NCBI GenBank assembly: GCA_905178155.1
Contig: CAJINV010000004.1
Coordinates: forward strand, 4,458,518 to 4,522,517
Direction: 5' to 3'
DNA from: Amoebophrya sp. A120
Lineage: Eukaryota; Protista; Dinoflagellata
DNA: 64,000 bases
In this document: piece after piece, positions 39,001-51,517 of the stretch
Layout of the letters: every line of letters begins with the position of its first letter
How positions within the stretch are numbered: position 1 is the first letter of the stretch
Made by a program: the position numbers and the translations under genes
Notes under the pieces: model-generated
Database searches by the model: none
What the model was told of the DNA's origin: nothing
Seen by the model: only the letters and a program-made list of their open reading frames with translations

Positions 39001-41254
39001 ATGGTTCGCATCCTCGCCTCCGGCGACGTGGTCACGGACAACGACCCCCGGGCGAAGTCTCTGATCGAGAGCTCGCGGCCCCAGGATGTCATCGAACTTT
39101 ACGTCCTCCCTAAATTTGGCGTCGGCAAACAAGCCCCAACCTCCTCCAAACAACTTCCCCAGGCTCGTATCGTAACCGCGCAGGATGGGGATGGTACAGC
39201 TTCCGGCGGAACAGGTTCCTTCCTCGAAACGGGCAGCAAGATTTTCCTCTACGGTGCCTTCTACTGCCTTCTGTTTTTCTGTTCCTGGCTGGGCGGGTCG
39301 GGATTGAACGCAGCGCTGCAGCAGAGATTTGGTGGTAGCACGAGCGCGCCGACTACACCTCCAACGCTCGCGGCGATTGTCGATCAACAGGCGGAGCAGC
39401 AGGTAGCGGCGCAACAAGGCAGTTCAGACGGCACGGAGACGTTCTTGCGGTTCGTGCTCGCGTTTCACACCTTCTACGATTTTCAGGACAGAATCTTATT
39501 TTTCCCGACCTGGTACAACCTTTCTTCCGCAAAATCGTACTCTGGAAGGAGTTATCCTGTGCAAAAGTATCGCACTCGTAGTAATTGCAAATATGCATCA
39601 TGGCGAATATTTTTCCTAGGGAAAAACAGCATTACAAATTCCACTTTCCTGCTTGCCCAAATTTGTCATGCAATTTATACTTGTGCGATACTTCTGCAAA
39701 AATGCATAGGAGTATCAACGAGTCCACCGCGATGCAACTGAGTAACACCGAGGCGGGCAACGGAGTGTTGACCAGTCTGAAAATTTTCTTCCAGCTCTTC
39801 CTCATCTATACCTGCTTGTCGCTGTTGCTCTTCGCGGAGTCGCCCAGTTTGGTTTTTTTCTCCGGGTTTCTGTTCGCGTTTTACAAGCTGTTTTTCCACT
39901 ACGTTGACTCCACGATCGCGGTGAAACTGGGCCCCATGGCGGTGATCAGTCCGTACGTCACGTTTTACTGGGTGTCAATCTTCGGCGGCATATTGTTGTA
40001 TGGCTACTGCTGCGCGGATCGCTGTTTTCTCATGGAAATCCTTCAGCAAAACGTGGACCCCTTGTGCAGCGTGAAGCAAAATCCGAGTCAAGGTAAAAAT
40101 ATACTGCCTCATCTTAGGACAGTTTTCATCAAGCTTTGCCTTCCTTCTGTGGCTCCTCCTCCACCTTACAATCAAGTGGAGAAAAGTAAGTAGCCTGCTT
40201 TCTTGCATCTGAGAGAACAATGTAATGAATTACTATACAAATTTCGTAAATCATGCACAAAGAAACGTACGGCAACACCATAAAAAACAGATCTCGTCTT
40301 TTCCTTCCTTCTCCGCCTCATCCTCGCGAGCCATTTTCTCGCGGAGCTGCAAACCAAGATCAACCACCGCCAGCACTGGGTCGACGTGATTGCGAAAGTG
40401 CCAGCCTTCGCCGACAAGGCCGACCGACTCATGTCGTTGATTACGACCCTATATCAAATGTAAAAATGTCTGGGTCTGGAAGAATGCGCGATTTGTCATG
40501 CAGCTTTTCCATGACCCATGAGGTCTGGAATGCGGGACCTAGCATGACAGATTCTGCGCGACCTTTCTCATGCCTATCCTGCATGAGAAACTGCCTCCCG
40601 ACTTGGCCAAAACTGGACGACTTTTGGTAATCATGCAACACAGATTTTTGCATGCTGCAGATTTAGCATGACAAGTTGCACTCTTCCAGACCCAGACATT
40701 TTTACATTTGATACCCTACTAATCATCGGTTGCAGTACGCTGATCTGCGGAAACCTCGTGTGCGACTACCTGCTCCCGCAAATCCCACTATGCATTGCAA
40801 ATATGTCTGGGTCTGGAAGGATGCAACTTGTGATGCTACCTTTGGACCGTACATAAAATCTGTATTGCATGAACAGCAAAAGAGGTGAAATTTGTGCTAC
40901 GCGGAGACGGCATTTCTCATACTGTATGAGCATCAGAAAGCCTTCGCAGAATCTCTAAAGCTAGGGCATGCATCACAGACCTCGTGGGTCATGAAAAACC
41001 TGCATGACAAACTCCTGCATTCTTCAAGACCCAGACATATTTGCATTTGATACCCACTTCTCCAGGACCATCTTTACGGCTTGACCGTGCTCTACACAAC
41101 GATCATGACCTTCTCGCTTTTCCTCGTCCAAGCGCCCACAACGTTTATGTTCGAGGGTGGAAGCTTTGGGACGCATATGGAGGTGCAGTCCTGCGGGGTG
41201 TCGGCGATGGCGGGGGTGTTTTTAGTTGGGTGGATGATGGTGCCAGAGTCATAA
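39001..41254 (+). CDS. Multi-pass membrane protein with FAM241-like N-terminal motif and DoxX/SURF4-like C-terminal region; 3 introners and GT-AG intron 40093-40290
   Basis: Starts MVRILASGDVVTDNDPR; reconstructed C-terminus LLRLILASHFLAELQTKI...FLVQAPTTFMFE...SAMAGVFLVGW. Domain calls are from remembered motif patterns. Confidence 0.75.
39553..39708. mobile_element. Introner family A
   Basis: TSD GGAGT; removal gives SGRSINEST. Confidence 0.92.
40452..40713. mobile_element. Introner family B
   Basis: Perfect long TIR TATCAAATGTAAAAATGTCTGGGTCTGGAAGA; TSD CCCTA; removal gives ITTLLIIG. Confidence 0.94.
40789..41052. mobile_element. Introner family B, opposite orientation to 40452
   Basis: TSD CCCAC; removal gives PQIPLLQDH. 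Confidence 0.93.
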
Positions 41255-43261
41255 TCGTGAAAGTGTACGAGTAGAGACGATATCAATAGAAAGAACAGGC
41301 CGCAACCGGCGCAGCGAATGTTGTGCCATGTTAATGTTTTGTTTTTGGTTCGCATTTTTCGCGCAGGCGAAAATTTATTTTCCCTTGTCGTGACGGTCAT
41401 GATAGACGTCTCCCACGTCGCATGAGAAGTTTTCAACATCTTTGAAGCATTTACAGGTCAACAGCGCGCCTGTCGTGTGTTTCAAATTACAGCATACAAC
41501 ACGATATCGATAAACATGAACAATTCGCCGGAAGGTAAACACTATATATGAAAATAAGCAAGAAAAAATTTCTTTCTGTGATCCACCTCGTCTTCAGGCC
41601 TCAGCTACATGGATGCGAGATCGAGAAGAGCGTAAGTAGCAATTCTTCTAGTACAGGCAACGAAAAGAAGACCAAAAGCGCTGTGGTTCTGATGTTGCTC
41701 CTCGCGATTAAATCCAAGGGCAAGGTTTGTTTTACGAGGTATTGTAAGAAAAATGAAAGTAGTTAAAGATGAACTAGAAGCTGCAGCTGGGCTGCAAGAA
41801 CCAAGCTCCTCATTTTTTTTTTTTGGCGGAGTGACTCGTAGAAAAAACGATGTGTAGAATTGTGTAAGTTTGTTGCACATCATGGTAAAAAAGCTGCACG
41901 AATAAGCGATCATGAAAACGTGGCGAGCCCGGGACAGGGACTTTTCTGAACAGGTGGATGTGAAAAACGAAGTTAAAACGATAGAGGCTGAGATGGATGT
42001 GTTTCTAGTTCTATCGCGCTGCAACTTGCGGGGAGGTTGTTCCGCAAGGTGCTTGGTTTGATGTTCTTGTAACGCTGCGAGCACGGGCAGCTGCAACGGG
42101 TCAAATGTAAGCAGGAACAGGAAGGACGAACGTAGTAATACAAGCTGGAAGCTGCGTTCTCCTTCTGCTCGTTGAAGTGGATGAGATCTAGATGCAGTTT
42201 TCTCCCGGTACCGTGGCAAGGAAAAGAAAACTCTCGACAGATTCACAGTAGCACTAGCACCATGAGGACGATGCCGAGCCCAAGAGCAAGACCACAGATC
42301 TTTATTTTCATAGTATCAACGTGCGATCGTGATTCCAAAAGCAAAGGTCGTGTGCAGATGGGTATCAATTTCAATGTGCAGTAGTTGTATGCTGAAGCGA
42401 GGATCCGCCAGATCCTCTTTTTCTTGTAGGTACCGTGAAGCATGATCTGTTTCGGTTTTCCGTTCTTGCCAATGCCGATTTTCTCCTGCGAAGAACATAG
42501 CTACATCAAACGATTGATGTGAACCGCACAATTGTTTTCCAACATAGGAGTTGAATTTGTTCAACTCAATAACCAAGAAAGACCGAACGCACAATATCAC
42601 ACTTTTTGTCCCCATCGAGCGCAACACACTGATCTACTTTCACCCTTCTTGTATGATCCTCTCCGAAACAACATTTCAGATTTAGGAGCAGCACCGTCAA
42701 GACCAATTCTACTGTAAGACTTACAGAAGATTTCCATTTTATCATAATTGTGCGTGCGTACGAAAAGGATCCTTTTTTGCGGCGAAACAGAAGTCGGCTT
42801 CGACTTGATAAAGGATCTGTTTCTGCTTGTCTGTGACTTCGCAGAAGATGCGGCGTTCTTTTGGAATAGACTTCTCTCGTTGATAAGCGATAGACTTGGT
42901 CAACATACGTATTTTTCCAACATACTACTTGTACGTCCACCGGGGGGCTGCAAGCTAGCAACACGTCCACAAGAATTATAGACTATCCGAAGTCTGTTTG
43001 TTGTTGGTGTGACCGTGACCGTCTATGATGTGATTTGGCGCATATTGATTTTGAGTTTCAAACAACCCGGCTGATCTATCTTCCTGATCAACAGTTACAG
43101 TTCTTGGTTTGGTTCGCGGAGGTGTGCCACTTAGAAGTCCAATCAGTGGCGGAAGAGCCACTTAGAAGGACGACACATACTATCTCTAACATTTTTTGAC
43201 GACCGTATCTTCGTGTCTTCATTGTCATTTTTATTTTTCATCTCTTCCTCAAGATACAACA

Positions 43262-46200
43262 ATGAGGCTTCTCTTGCGCGTTGCAGCCGCTGCCGGCTGC
43301 ACCGTTGGTGCGGTGAATGCTTCCTCTAGTGCGTCGAGTGGAGCCAGGGGTGGGCCAGCGTATAGATTGATTCCTTGTTCAGAGCATTTTTTGTTTTTCG
43401 CTTCAGCTGGTGCGCGAGATTATTTAAGTAGCTGTTTCTCCATAGTTCATTTTGTGGGTATGAATGTTCTTTGTTCGTCGCGTTATTAAACCAGACCATG
43501 AATAACCTACATCTACATGAGATCAAAAATGTGGTACCTCCGGATTTGCTTCGTACAGGAATAAAAACTTTCAAGAACTCTCCGAAGATTTTATTGCGGA
43601 AGTCGCTGCGTGTGTTTGCTTCGGCACCGCTTAAAAAAGCACCGCTTGCAGTTGCCAAAAATCATTTTTCAATACTATTCTGAACAGGAACGCCCAAGAG
43701 GACGAGGCTCCACCGGCAGGAGCTCCTCCAGTCAACAAGAAGAAGCAGACCACCCTGTTGCATTGGCAACAAGTGTACGGGTTCCAGCAGTTTCTGGAAA
43801 AGGAACTCAATCCCAGCCAGTGGTCCGGGCCCGGGGTATACAACTACCTTACGAACGCGTTCGGGACAACGCTCGACTCGCAGCTCCACCTGCGTATCAA
43901 ATGCAAAAATGTCTGGGTCTGGAAACTTGTGATGCACGAAAGGGAAGAGTAAGCTCACTGTATGTAATGCGCTGTCCATATGGGATTCTCAATTGTTACA
44001 TTCTCAACTGTTACATGAATTTGTGATGCAAGAATGGCAACAGGGAAAGGCCAGATTTTGAACCTCTTGCAATACAAATTCGGCACAGATTCTGATCCTG
44101 TTTAGCCCTTCCAAAATTTGTCATGCGAAGTAGCTTCATTTTGTGGACGTTGATGCTCGTTTTGCATGACAAATCATGTAACAGTTGAGAATGTCACATT
44201 TGAGAACGCCATAGTCCAGCATGACAAGTTTTTCCGTGGTTCAGAGTTGCGTAATCCGCATGAGAGACTGCGTTTTTGCATGACAGATAGCGAACCCTTT
44301 TCGCGGGCACGCAATACAGAGTTCAGAGTCATGCCAGACTAGCATGACAAATCTGGCAATCTTCCAGACCCAGGCACTTTTGCAATCCATACTGCGGGCG
44401 CGCGAACAAATCAAGCCACAATTTCGCAAACTCACTTATGGCGTTCTCAACTGTTACATCCTCAACTGTTACGCGGATTTGTGATGCAAGAACTGCAACA
44501 GTGAAATAGGGGATCTTGCGCTTCTTGCATGACAGATTTGGCAAAGATTCTCAGCCTGTTGGGCTCGTCGGGAATTTGCCATGCGAAGCAGCTTGATCAT
44601 GTCGATTCTGATTGCAATTTTGCATGACAAATCGTGTAACAGTTGAGAATGTAACATTTGAGAACGCCATAGCACCCCTGGAGCAGCCAACTGGAGCGAA
44701 AAAGAGTTTGGAAGCAACGCAAAGTGGACTTTCGCTATCAAAAGTGAGATGCAAGAAGTAGAAGAACGGGGTCCTGTGATAATATTTTCAAATGATCGCC
44801 TTTGGATTTTTTGGCTTCGTACTCTTTGTGCAATTCGAATAAATGATACGCGATTCGTTATGCGTTTATGTCATGTAGCTCGCAGCTTCGCTGCTTCCCG
44901 CTCTCTTACTTATCTCTCATGATCTTAAGAGCGATTTATTGATTCTCATTCCTCAGTACTTCTTCTTTTTGCTTGTCGTAGTTCCATATCTGGTGACGCG
45001 GTACTAGAGCTAACCGAAGTGGACAGGATTCTCAGGAATGCGAAGGAGCACGTACCCGACGGTCAGGCTGCAAAGTTTCTCAGTGAGGTAGTGAGCGCTC
45101 CGCTGAAAAAAGCGAGCCTGCCTGACATACTGCTGAAAGCTATGGTACTGATTTTAAGAATCAATTCGAGGACACTATTTTGACTTTAATGTATTAATTT
45201 GTATGTCGAGCCTGTTGCTGAAGCGTCGTGATGACTGATATTTACTTCTGGACATGGGTAATGCGAAGGCAAGAACATCAAAAGCAATTTTTTCAGGTAA
45301 CTTTCGCATTCGAGCTCGCTGAAGATAGCCCCATAGCGGATTTGTTTTTCGCCTTCCAGAGCAATGGGGGCGCACGGAACACTCATGTTGTTATGGTATA
45401 GAATTCAGTATTCAAGAGTTTGAAAAATTGAAATTTCTTTATTTTTTTTACAACAAGTTAAGTTTTCTGTATGTAGTTTGCAGCGTACAACTACTATCAT
45501 GAGCAAGTTTCTGCATTAATCCTCCACCTTGGTCATTCACTAGCAAGCTCTCTGAAGCTTTTCATGCATCTCCTCTCCAGGCTCGGCCGGTCTGTGCGGG
45601 TTTCGATCCAAAATCCATCGAGCAGGCCATGAAGTTGAAGCCGGAAGCAACTTATGCCCTGCAAAAGTATCGCACTAGTAGTTGTTGACACGGCATTACA
45701 AAGTTCGTTTCCCACAACAAGCTTCAAGGAAAGCTGAATAACAATAAAGTGGTATTTGTCCTCATGCAGCTCAGGATCCGGAAGCAGAGCATATCAATAG
45801 CAATAGCAAAATTGTGATGCCCCATTACTGAAATAGAAATTTGTATGATGATGAATACAAAGATACTTCTGCAATGCATACAAGCTCCCCCACCGCGACC
45901 GCGACCCTGGACAAGACTTTTCCCGCTCTAGTGGTCTTCGACAAAACCGGATTCGACACGGAGAAGGCGAAGCTGCAGCTGCTCTCCCCGGCGGACGCCG
46001 TGAACGTGATTCGTTTGTGCAGCATTTGGGCCTTCCAAAACCAGATCTGGCTGACTAAGATCGAGGGCAAGGCCTCGGGCGTGAAGAGGTTTGGGAAAAA
46101 AGGCCTCACGTCCGACCTCTTCGTCGCCGACGTGTTATGATCCTAGTGTGCAAAAGTAGCGTACTCGTACTGGTACTAATTCGTCGCGATCACTTGCATG

Positions 46201-49200
46201 ATAAGTACACGAATCATTTTTTTCCTGCTGACGAAATGTAAATGTTGTGTGGTGGAGGTTGTTCACAATAACTACTAGTACAAGCATACGATAGACTTTT
46301 GCATTGTATACGCTCTCGGAGACGAGAAGATATACCGGACTGGGAAGAAACTGTACGACATCGTGCTCCAAGACGGCGGGAAACACGCAAAGAACATGAT
46401 GGACGAGTACTACAAATTCAAATTTCTGGTGTCAACATCTACCCTATGAGCCTTAAAAAATTACGGTATGATTATTGGAAACGGTTACGGTATGAATTAG
46501 AGCAATGCTGATGTTGTATTCCGGCGACAGCACACTGATAACAATAATATCCAACATAGGTTCACGCCTCTGATGCAGAACGCCTACTGCCCGGCGAAGA
46601 CCGGCACCGCCACGGTAAATCCAGGTGAAGATGAAGTTGCGGAAGACAACCCGGTTGTGAAGAACGCCCAGTTGAAAGAGGCAGAGCTGTACGGCAATTT
46701 TGCAAAGGAAAAGGTGGGCAAAGTCCTCAAAGACTTCGACAAGGACTATCCACAGGAAAAAAACCATCCACATCCATTTTTTGCATGACAAGCACTTGAT
46801 TTGATGCGTGTTTTGCATGACAAATCGGATGTGGATAGGTTTTTTTCTGTGGATAAGGACCTGTACAAAACCATCCAGACCGTGCACGACATCCCCGTGG
46901 GCGTGAAGTTGAACCTGAAGCACCGACCTGGTGGCCTGGTGCAAAAGTACCGCACCATCGCGAAGGAAATCCAGCCGCTGCAAATACTGAAGCGCGCGAC
47001 CATCCTGACCGCGGGCGCGATGACCCTGCCGCCGGTGCTCGTGGCGGCGAACTTGGTTCTCATGTACGCCATGACACTCTGCGCGATCATGGCCCCGCCC
47101 ATGGCGGCCATGAGCTTCCGAGAAATCATGGACAAAGCGATCAGCCCGGCAGCGCAGCGCCTCGTCGACGCCATTCCCTTCAACGTCGCACCCTACTCCT
47201 ATCCAAGCGCAGCACAGCGGCCTCTCCTCTGCTCGTCGTCCCTCTTTTTAGAATTCGAAGGTAAATGAAATGAAGCAAGTGCAGCAACGGGTGTACTATA
47301 ATTATCATCGCGTTAGCATCAGCTGTATGAACTTCGAGCTGTTGTACTAGCCGATCTCTGTCCTCGCACTTTATAATCATGAAACGTAGGTGGAGCTGCG
47401 CAGCTGGTGCAATATTTGGACTTGCTTGTGCAGAATTGAGATGTAGTGGGACTGAGTAAAAAGAAAAGACGGGGACGAGATGCGGAGGTTGTGCACTTTC
47501 ATAACGGATTGGGCAAGGTGGTTCGCCCGGTTGTGAAGCATGGAGCGGCGTTCCTCACTGGTATAGTACGTTTTTTTCGTTGAAGATGAAGTATGCATAA
47601 ATTAGTATGAGCTCATCTATCAGGAGCACCGCAGCCACTGTATTACTTTTACGACATCAACAGTAGAAGTCCTGTCGCCCCATCCTCGCACCACAGGTCA
47701 AGAACCCGCCGCCGCTGGGCCGAGTGAGATTGCGGACGGTGGGGCGAACCGCGTTCTGGTGGATCACCTTCCTTCCAGTATCGATATCCCGTATGTGAGA
47801 GAGCGCGCCGGGCACTACATGAATCAGATGCAAGAGTTGGCCACAAACCATTGTTACGCATTCACGGAGGATCCGAAGGCCTACCTAGCGTCCACAGGAA
47901 GCAGCCTTGCCAACTACTCGGCGCCCGTTCTGCAGAGTCTCCAGGGTTTCGCGACGCTTCAATTCCTGATGCCCCCTACCGAAGGGGATGTTCCGTCTAT
48001 GACCTCGTCGACTCAGGGTTACGACACGGACAGCGCTGCCGCTATTGCGAGTGCTGTGAGCGGGGGCCCAATGTCTGCCCGGCTGTTGGTGGACCAAGTT
48101 CTGTCGCTTCCCGGCGATGCGGCGAGCGCAGTGTACAACGGCGTGATCACGTAAGGGAGTGCACAACTACTCCCCCTCCCCCCCATTTGTATTGCATGAA
48201 CAGCAACGCAAATAACGCCACACCTGGAGCCTGTGCATGACAAATTCATGCGCCTTCTTGTGTAGTACTGTTTGGGCTTGTTCCGGAATCCGTCATGCAA
48301 ACAGTGCCACAGGGAAGCACTTGGATTTGGGGTTTAGCATGACAAATGAGGGGGAGGGGGAGTTGTGCACTGTCATATCACGGGGACACACGACTCTTTC
48401 ATGCTGGGTTTGGAGCAAGACGCGCTGAACTACATCCAGGACCAAGTGCCTTTCAAAGCGATTCTGTGGGGCTCGTACACCTACCTAGCTTTGGTGATCA
48501 CCAAGTACATCGGTGTCCAGTGGATCATGCAACTGCGCAGCAAGAAGGTATGCGTTGCAAATATGTCTGAGTCTGGAAACTTGTGATGCTGGGTGGCGTA
48601 TCATGATGAGGTCACAAGTGCTGGCTCCGCATGACGCGTTTCTCTTTCTGAGCTTCTAGGTGTTGCCTATTCTGCATGACAAACTGCGTTTCTACATAAG
48701 CCGGCCACAAAAGTAAGTTTGTGATCAACAAGTTTGTAAGACTAACCCGTCAAGGCCACACCGAATTTCCACCTTGCTCGCGGGCTTGGATGGTAAGGGG
48801 GTTCTGCCACAAGTAGGGCCCACTGGTTGTAGTTACGCGTAAGCAATCGATAACGGTTCTGCGGCTGCGGCCGGGTGGTAGTTAGGAAGTGGATCGGGTA
48901 TCCACCTAGGGGTATTGGCAGAGGCTAAATCTGTCCCAACGCCCAGGCATTGGCAGAGGCTAAATCTGTTCTAACGCCAACCCGCCAGGAGTTAAATGGT
49001 TACTACTACTACTACTACTACTACATAACAGAAATATGGAGCTCCTGGGTAACGTGCATGACGATGACAGACTTAAGAGTCATGCCAGACAAGCATGACT
49101 TCCAGACCCAGACACTCTTGCACTTGATAGAAGGACGGCAGGGACAAATTGCTGGAGAAAATCAAGTTTGGAAACAAGGTCGTGCAGGAGAAAAAGGAGA

Positions 49201-49735
49201 AGAAGGAGGAATTCGACAAGGCCATGCAGGACGCGATCAAAACCGTAACTGGTATGCGCACCGCCGGTCTGAAGGAGGGAGAGAAGCTGCTCGTCATGAG
49301 GGGGCTGAAAATTTTGCAGCCGGCCGCTAGCGGAAGCAGGAGCAGCAGCTTCATTGGTTCCTCCAGGAAAGCCGTGCAGTTGGTACTTACTTATTTTAGC
49401 GTGGTGCTCTTTATTCCGTGCATCTTCTTCGTATTCTTGTCAGCGGTTGAGGTTTTCATCCAAAAACGACGTCCTGTTCATCCAAAAATCTAAAACGCAT
49501 CCAACAGAACGCGGGCAATGTCGCCACCGTGGTTGGAATGCCGGCCGAGAACAAGGTGGGTGACACGCTGACGAACAGCCAGGGGCTGCGGCGCGAGGCA
49601 TACACGCTCCTCGTCACCACGCCCGCGGTCAAAGGAAAAAAAGACGTTGAGCCGGTCGCCGTTTCCGTTGCGAAAGCGGATTTGGAAGCGCTCATAGCAG
49701 GACACGGATTGCAGCGCTTGCACGGGACAGCGTAG
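43262..49735 (+). CDS. Hypothetical signal-peptide-bearing protein with hydrophobic segments; 7 introner introns and about 6 canonical introns
   Basis: MRLLLRVAAAAGCTVGAVNA start; frame can be followed through all elements to TAG 49733-49735. Some canonical boundaries (43360-43687, 47261-47696) are best guesses. Confidence 0.7.
43895..44391. mobile_element. Introner family B containing a nested family G copy
   Basis: TSD CTGCG; removal gives QLHLRAREQI. Confidence 0.93.
43979..44213. mobile_element. Nested introner family G (TIR TATGGCGTTCTCAA-TGTTACA-TCTCAACTGTTAC)
   Basis: Own perfect TSD GTCCA at 43974-43978 and 44214-44218. Confidence 0.93.
44437..44671. mobile_element. Introner family G
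   Basis: TSD TCACT/GCACC (2 mismatches); removal gives RKLTPGAANW. Confidence 0.9.
45653..45880. mobile_element. Introner family A, decayed
   Basis: TSD CAACT/CAAGC; right TIR eroded; removal gives PEATSPTAT. Confidence 0.8.
46136..46310. mobile_element. Introner family A, decayed with indels in both TIRs
   Basis: TSD CGTGT/CGCTC; removal restores frame (ADV-L-GDEKIY). Confidence 0.75.
46747..46855. mobile_element. Introner family C
   Basis: TSD AGGAC; removal gives FDKDLYKT. Confidence 0.93.
48152..48377. mobile_element. Introner with C-run/G-run TIR (AGTGCACAACT..CCCCCTCCCCC); left end TAA instead of TAT
   Basis: TSD TCACG; removal gives GVITGTHDS. Confidence 0.88.
48549..49129. mobile_element. 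Introner family B with a nested retroposon-like insert
   Basis: TSD GAAGG; removal gives SKKDGRDKLLEK. Confidence 0.9.
48700..49020 (+). mobile_element. SINE-like or 5'-truncated LINE-like insertion with (TAC)n tail
   Basis: Flanked by CTACATAA at 48692-48699 and 49021-49028; ends in a (TAC)8 run; internal ~30-nt duplication ATTGGCAGAGGCTAAATCTGT..AACGCC. Confidence 0.65.
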
Positions 49736-51517
49736 AAGTTCCCGAGTCAAGTATGACCGAGTTGATTGGCGTTGATGGATATTAAGAAAAACATCATGAT
49801 GGACAAAGCAGGGAATTTTCATCATCCCTGGAACGCGAGAAGCACTTGCTGCGCTAGAAATACAACATCCACAGCCATACACCTTTTTTTTTGACGATAC
49901 AAAATACACCTAAAGACGTGAATACGAATAGAATATTACGCCAGAACGCAGACTTAGTAACTTATGCTAATGAAGAACTAGATCTACTAATGAAGTTGTT
50001 CTAATATGCAGTGAAGAAATAGTTTTACTTTATGTTTTTGTTTTTTCGATGCACATGCAGGTGTTATAGAATTCCCGTCGTGGAACATCAAAAATGCATT
50101 GCCGCCAAGGTCAACGCACCCAAAGCCGAACGATAAAAGCCGCTGCGACTTATGTATATGTGGATGATGCTGGATGCATTGGTGCATATCCGTGTTGCTC
50201 TTCGATATTATGCTATGTGCCAGGACGCTGCTTTCCAAATACTTACACTTAGACATCTCAACAATTTCAACACAAATAAAGATCAGAATGCTCAGGCGCA
50301 GGAGGGTAGGTGCTACGGGGTAGAAGCATGACAGCTGATGGGTAGCTGAACTACATGTCGATGATGCTACGAAGAGGACACAACATCTGCACAACTGTCA
50401 GAACGGATATTGACATCTATCTTTCGCCGCACCAAAGCTGAGTTTGAGAATACAGATTTTTTACTTTGATACCTGCTGCAAGAAGATCAAGAGGAGTTTG
50501 TTTCTTGATACTAGTGACAGCATTGATACGCTTTTGCCATGCGCACCGCCGGAATGAACAAGGAATTGCACGACCAATGAATGTTTATTCAGCATGACGG
50601 ATGTCTGCTCTACTTCGGCTGGAGACTGACAAGGACAGCTACTTCAAAAATATCAATTTTCTCGAGCGGTTGAACTACAATGTAATCGGAGAGGACCTCC
50701 AGGTTTCCCTTTCCACGACGTCTGACGAGCAGATATGCACCATGGACATGAAGATGGTGAAGCTGTTTAATATTCCACCACCGAAGATCATGATTTGCTA
50801 CCAGCCAACATCGAGCAGTCCTGTTTCATGGTGGAGGACCAAGTAGATCTTGAGTCGGAAAGTAGTACGCCAGAAGAAAACTGCAGCCGCGCCTAGTAAA
50901 GCCCAACGAAGTATATCAGAAAAGATCTCTTGGACATAGCTCTTGCTGCGAGCGACGATCTGCGTCTATCATTTGGCATAAAATCTGCTACAACATCAAG
51001 GAAGTCGTCCCTGGAAAGCGAACTTTTTGATTGGACCTTGTCACTTCCCACATTCTGCGTGCGTCTAATTTGATATTCCGGAATGGAGTAATATGGTGAT
51101 CATACGGGGGCGTAGTTGATCTTGATCCGCTTTAGTATGTCACTTTTCCTGCGACAGACGTTTTTGTGTCTTGATGAGTCCGCGCATTTGCATTCTGTCC
51201 TGTCTGTTTCTGCACTAGTTTATTTCCAGGAATTTTTCATCAGGTTCAGTGATTTGTTGGCACAACAAGGATCTTCTCTTTTTGAGGATCAACCTCGCTG
51301 AGCCGGCTCTTTTGCAATTTATCAATCTACTTAGGTGATTTAGTGGTGCCTACTTACCAGTATTGCCTCTGTTTGCCATCCGGCGTCCTTGAGTCCGCCC
51401 TATAGAAGTTGTACTTCTGGATCTGGGGCTCAAGACATAGCTCGTTCTTTTTTTGTTTGCATCTGACACTTAACGAAGCAACTTCGTGACCCAGAACGAG
51501 TTGCGCAAGTAGAAGGA

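Noticed and set aside
46940-46955. TGCAAAAGTACCGCAC, close to the family A TIR, inside an exon
   Set aside because: No TAT end, partner TIR or TSD, and the frame reads through; probably chance
51427-51434. GGCTCAAG (DinoSL 3' end) about 85 nt upstream of an ATG
   Set aside because: An 8-mer is expected about once by chance in 64 kb
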